From Paraspadella gotoi (lineage: Eukaryota; Animalia; Chaetognatha): a stretch of 64,000 nt of DNA. Below, one piece after another: positions 61,742-64,000 of this stretch; position 1 is the stretch's first letter; every line of letters starts with the position of its first letter. The notes under the pieces are model-generated. The model was not told the origin of the DNA. It saw only the letters and a program-made list of their open reading frames with translations, and did not search any database. A program made the translations under genes and the position numbers. Location: assembly GCA_051294375.1 (NCBI GenBank), contig CM119271.1, positions 13,826,372-13,890,371 of the forward strand, written 5' to 3'.

Positions 61742-62167
61742 GTAAGTTCCTCAATCACAGATTAACGATTTGAGTTTCTGAACCTGATTTTCATTTCTCG
61801 TTTAAATGTTTTGGTTTAACGACTGCTATTTTTTAAGAATGTGTATTACTATTAGCCTTTGTATTTCTTTCTTTAGTCCTCCAGGACCTTTCTCATTTAG
61901 ATATATTTAATCGTCTTTTGATTTGAAGAAGGAAAACCCTAAAATTTAGCTTAAAAAATTTTAATTCTTAATAATGACAATTATTTTAAAAAACAATAAA
62001 ATAAGGAAGAGATTGTTTTAACTTAAAGTAAAAATATGTAAAACTTATTCGAGCAAGCTTTTTCTCCATGATTAGAATAAAGAACGAAATTGTGCCGTCC
62101 GTCACTATTTTCTAGTGTTCAAGACCACGGCTGCGTTTATCTAAATATTCCCATCTTTTCGGCGTCC

Positions 62168-64000
<1,833 letters not shown>

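Overview
Gene-dense eukaryotic DNA, most likely from an invertebrate animal. Exons are GC- and CpG-rich; introns are short, AT-rich and mostly GT-AG. About 20 intron-containing genes could be spliced together by eye. Fifteen consecutive genes lie on the + strand: C2H2-ZF (3' end), an orphan, OFD1, a large C2H2-ZF, TMEM41A, a four-C-clamp protein, IRE1, XXYLT1, TMEM50, TAF6, MAEA, STX5, two tandem TMPPE genes and a tektin. These are followed by a minus-strand coiled-coil gene, then a C2H2-ZF, myotrophin and the 5' part of glutaminyl-tRNA synthetase on +, and the 3' part of a DEAH helicase on -. The main candidate novelty is a ~608-aa protein (17309-20926) with four TCF-type C-clamp zinc motifs and no HMG box or C2H2 finger. 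Its large intron holds nested inverted repeats and Penelope-type minimal hammerhead ribozyme motifs. Other points of interest are an operon-like co-orientation with very short intergenic gaps, Helentron-like non-autonomous elements carrying tRNA-derived heads, GC-AG introns, a long/short STX5 start arrangement, and a helicase apparently nested in a QARS intron. All calls come from manual reading and remembered family motifs; no database searches were run, and exon boundaries are best estimates.
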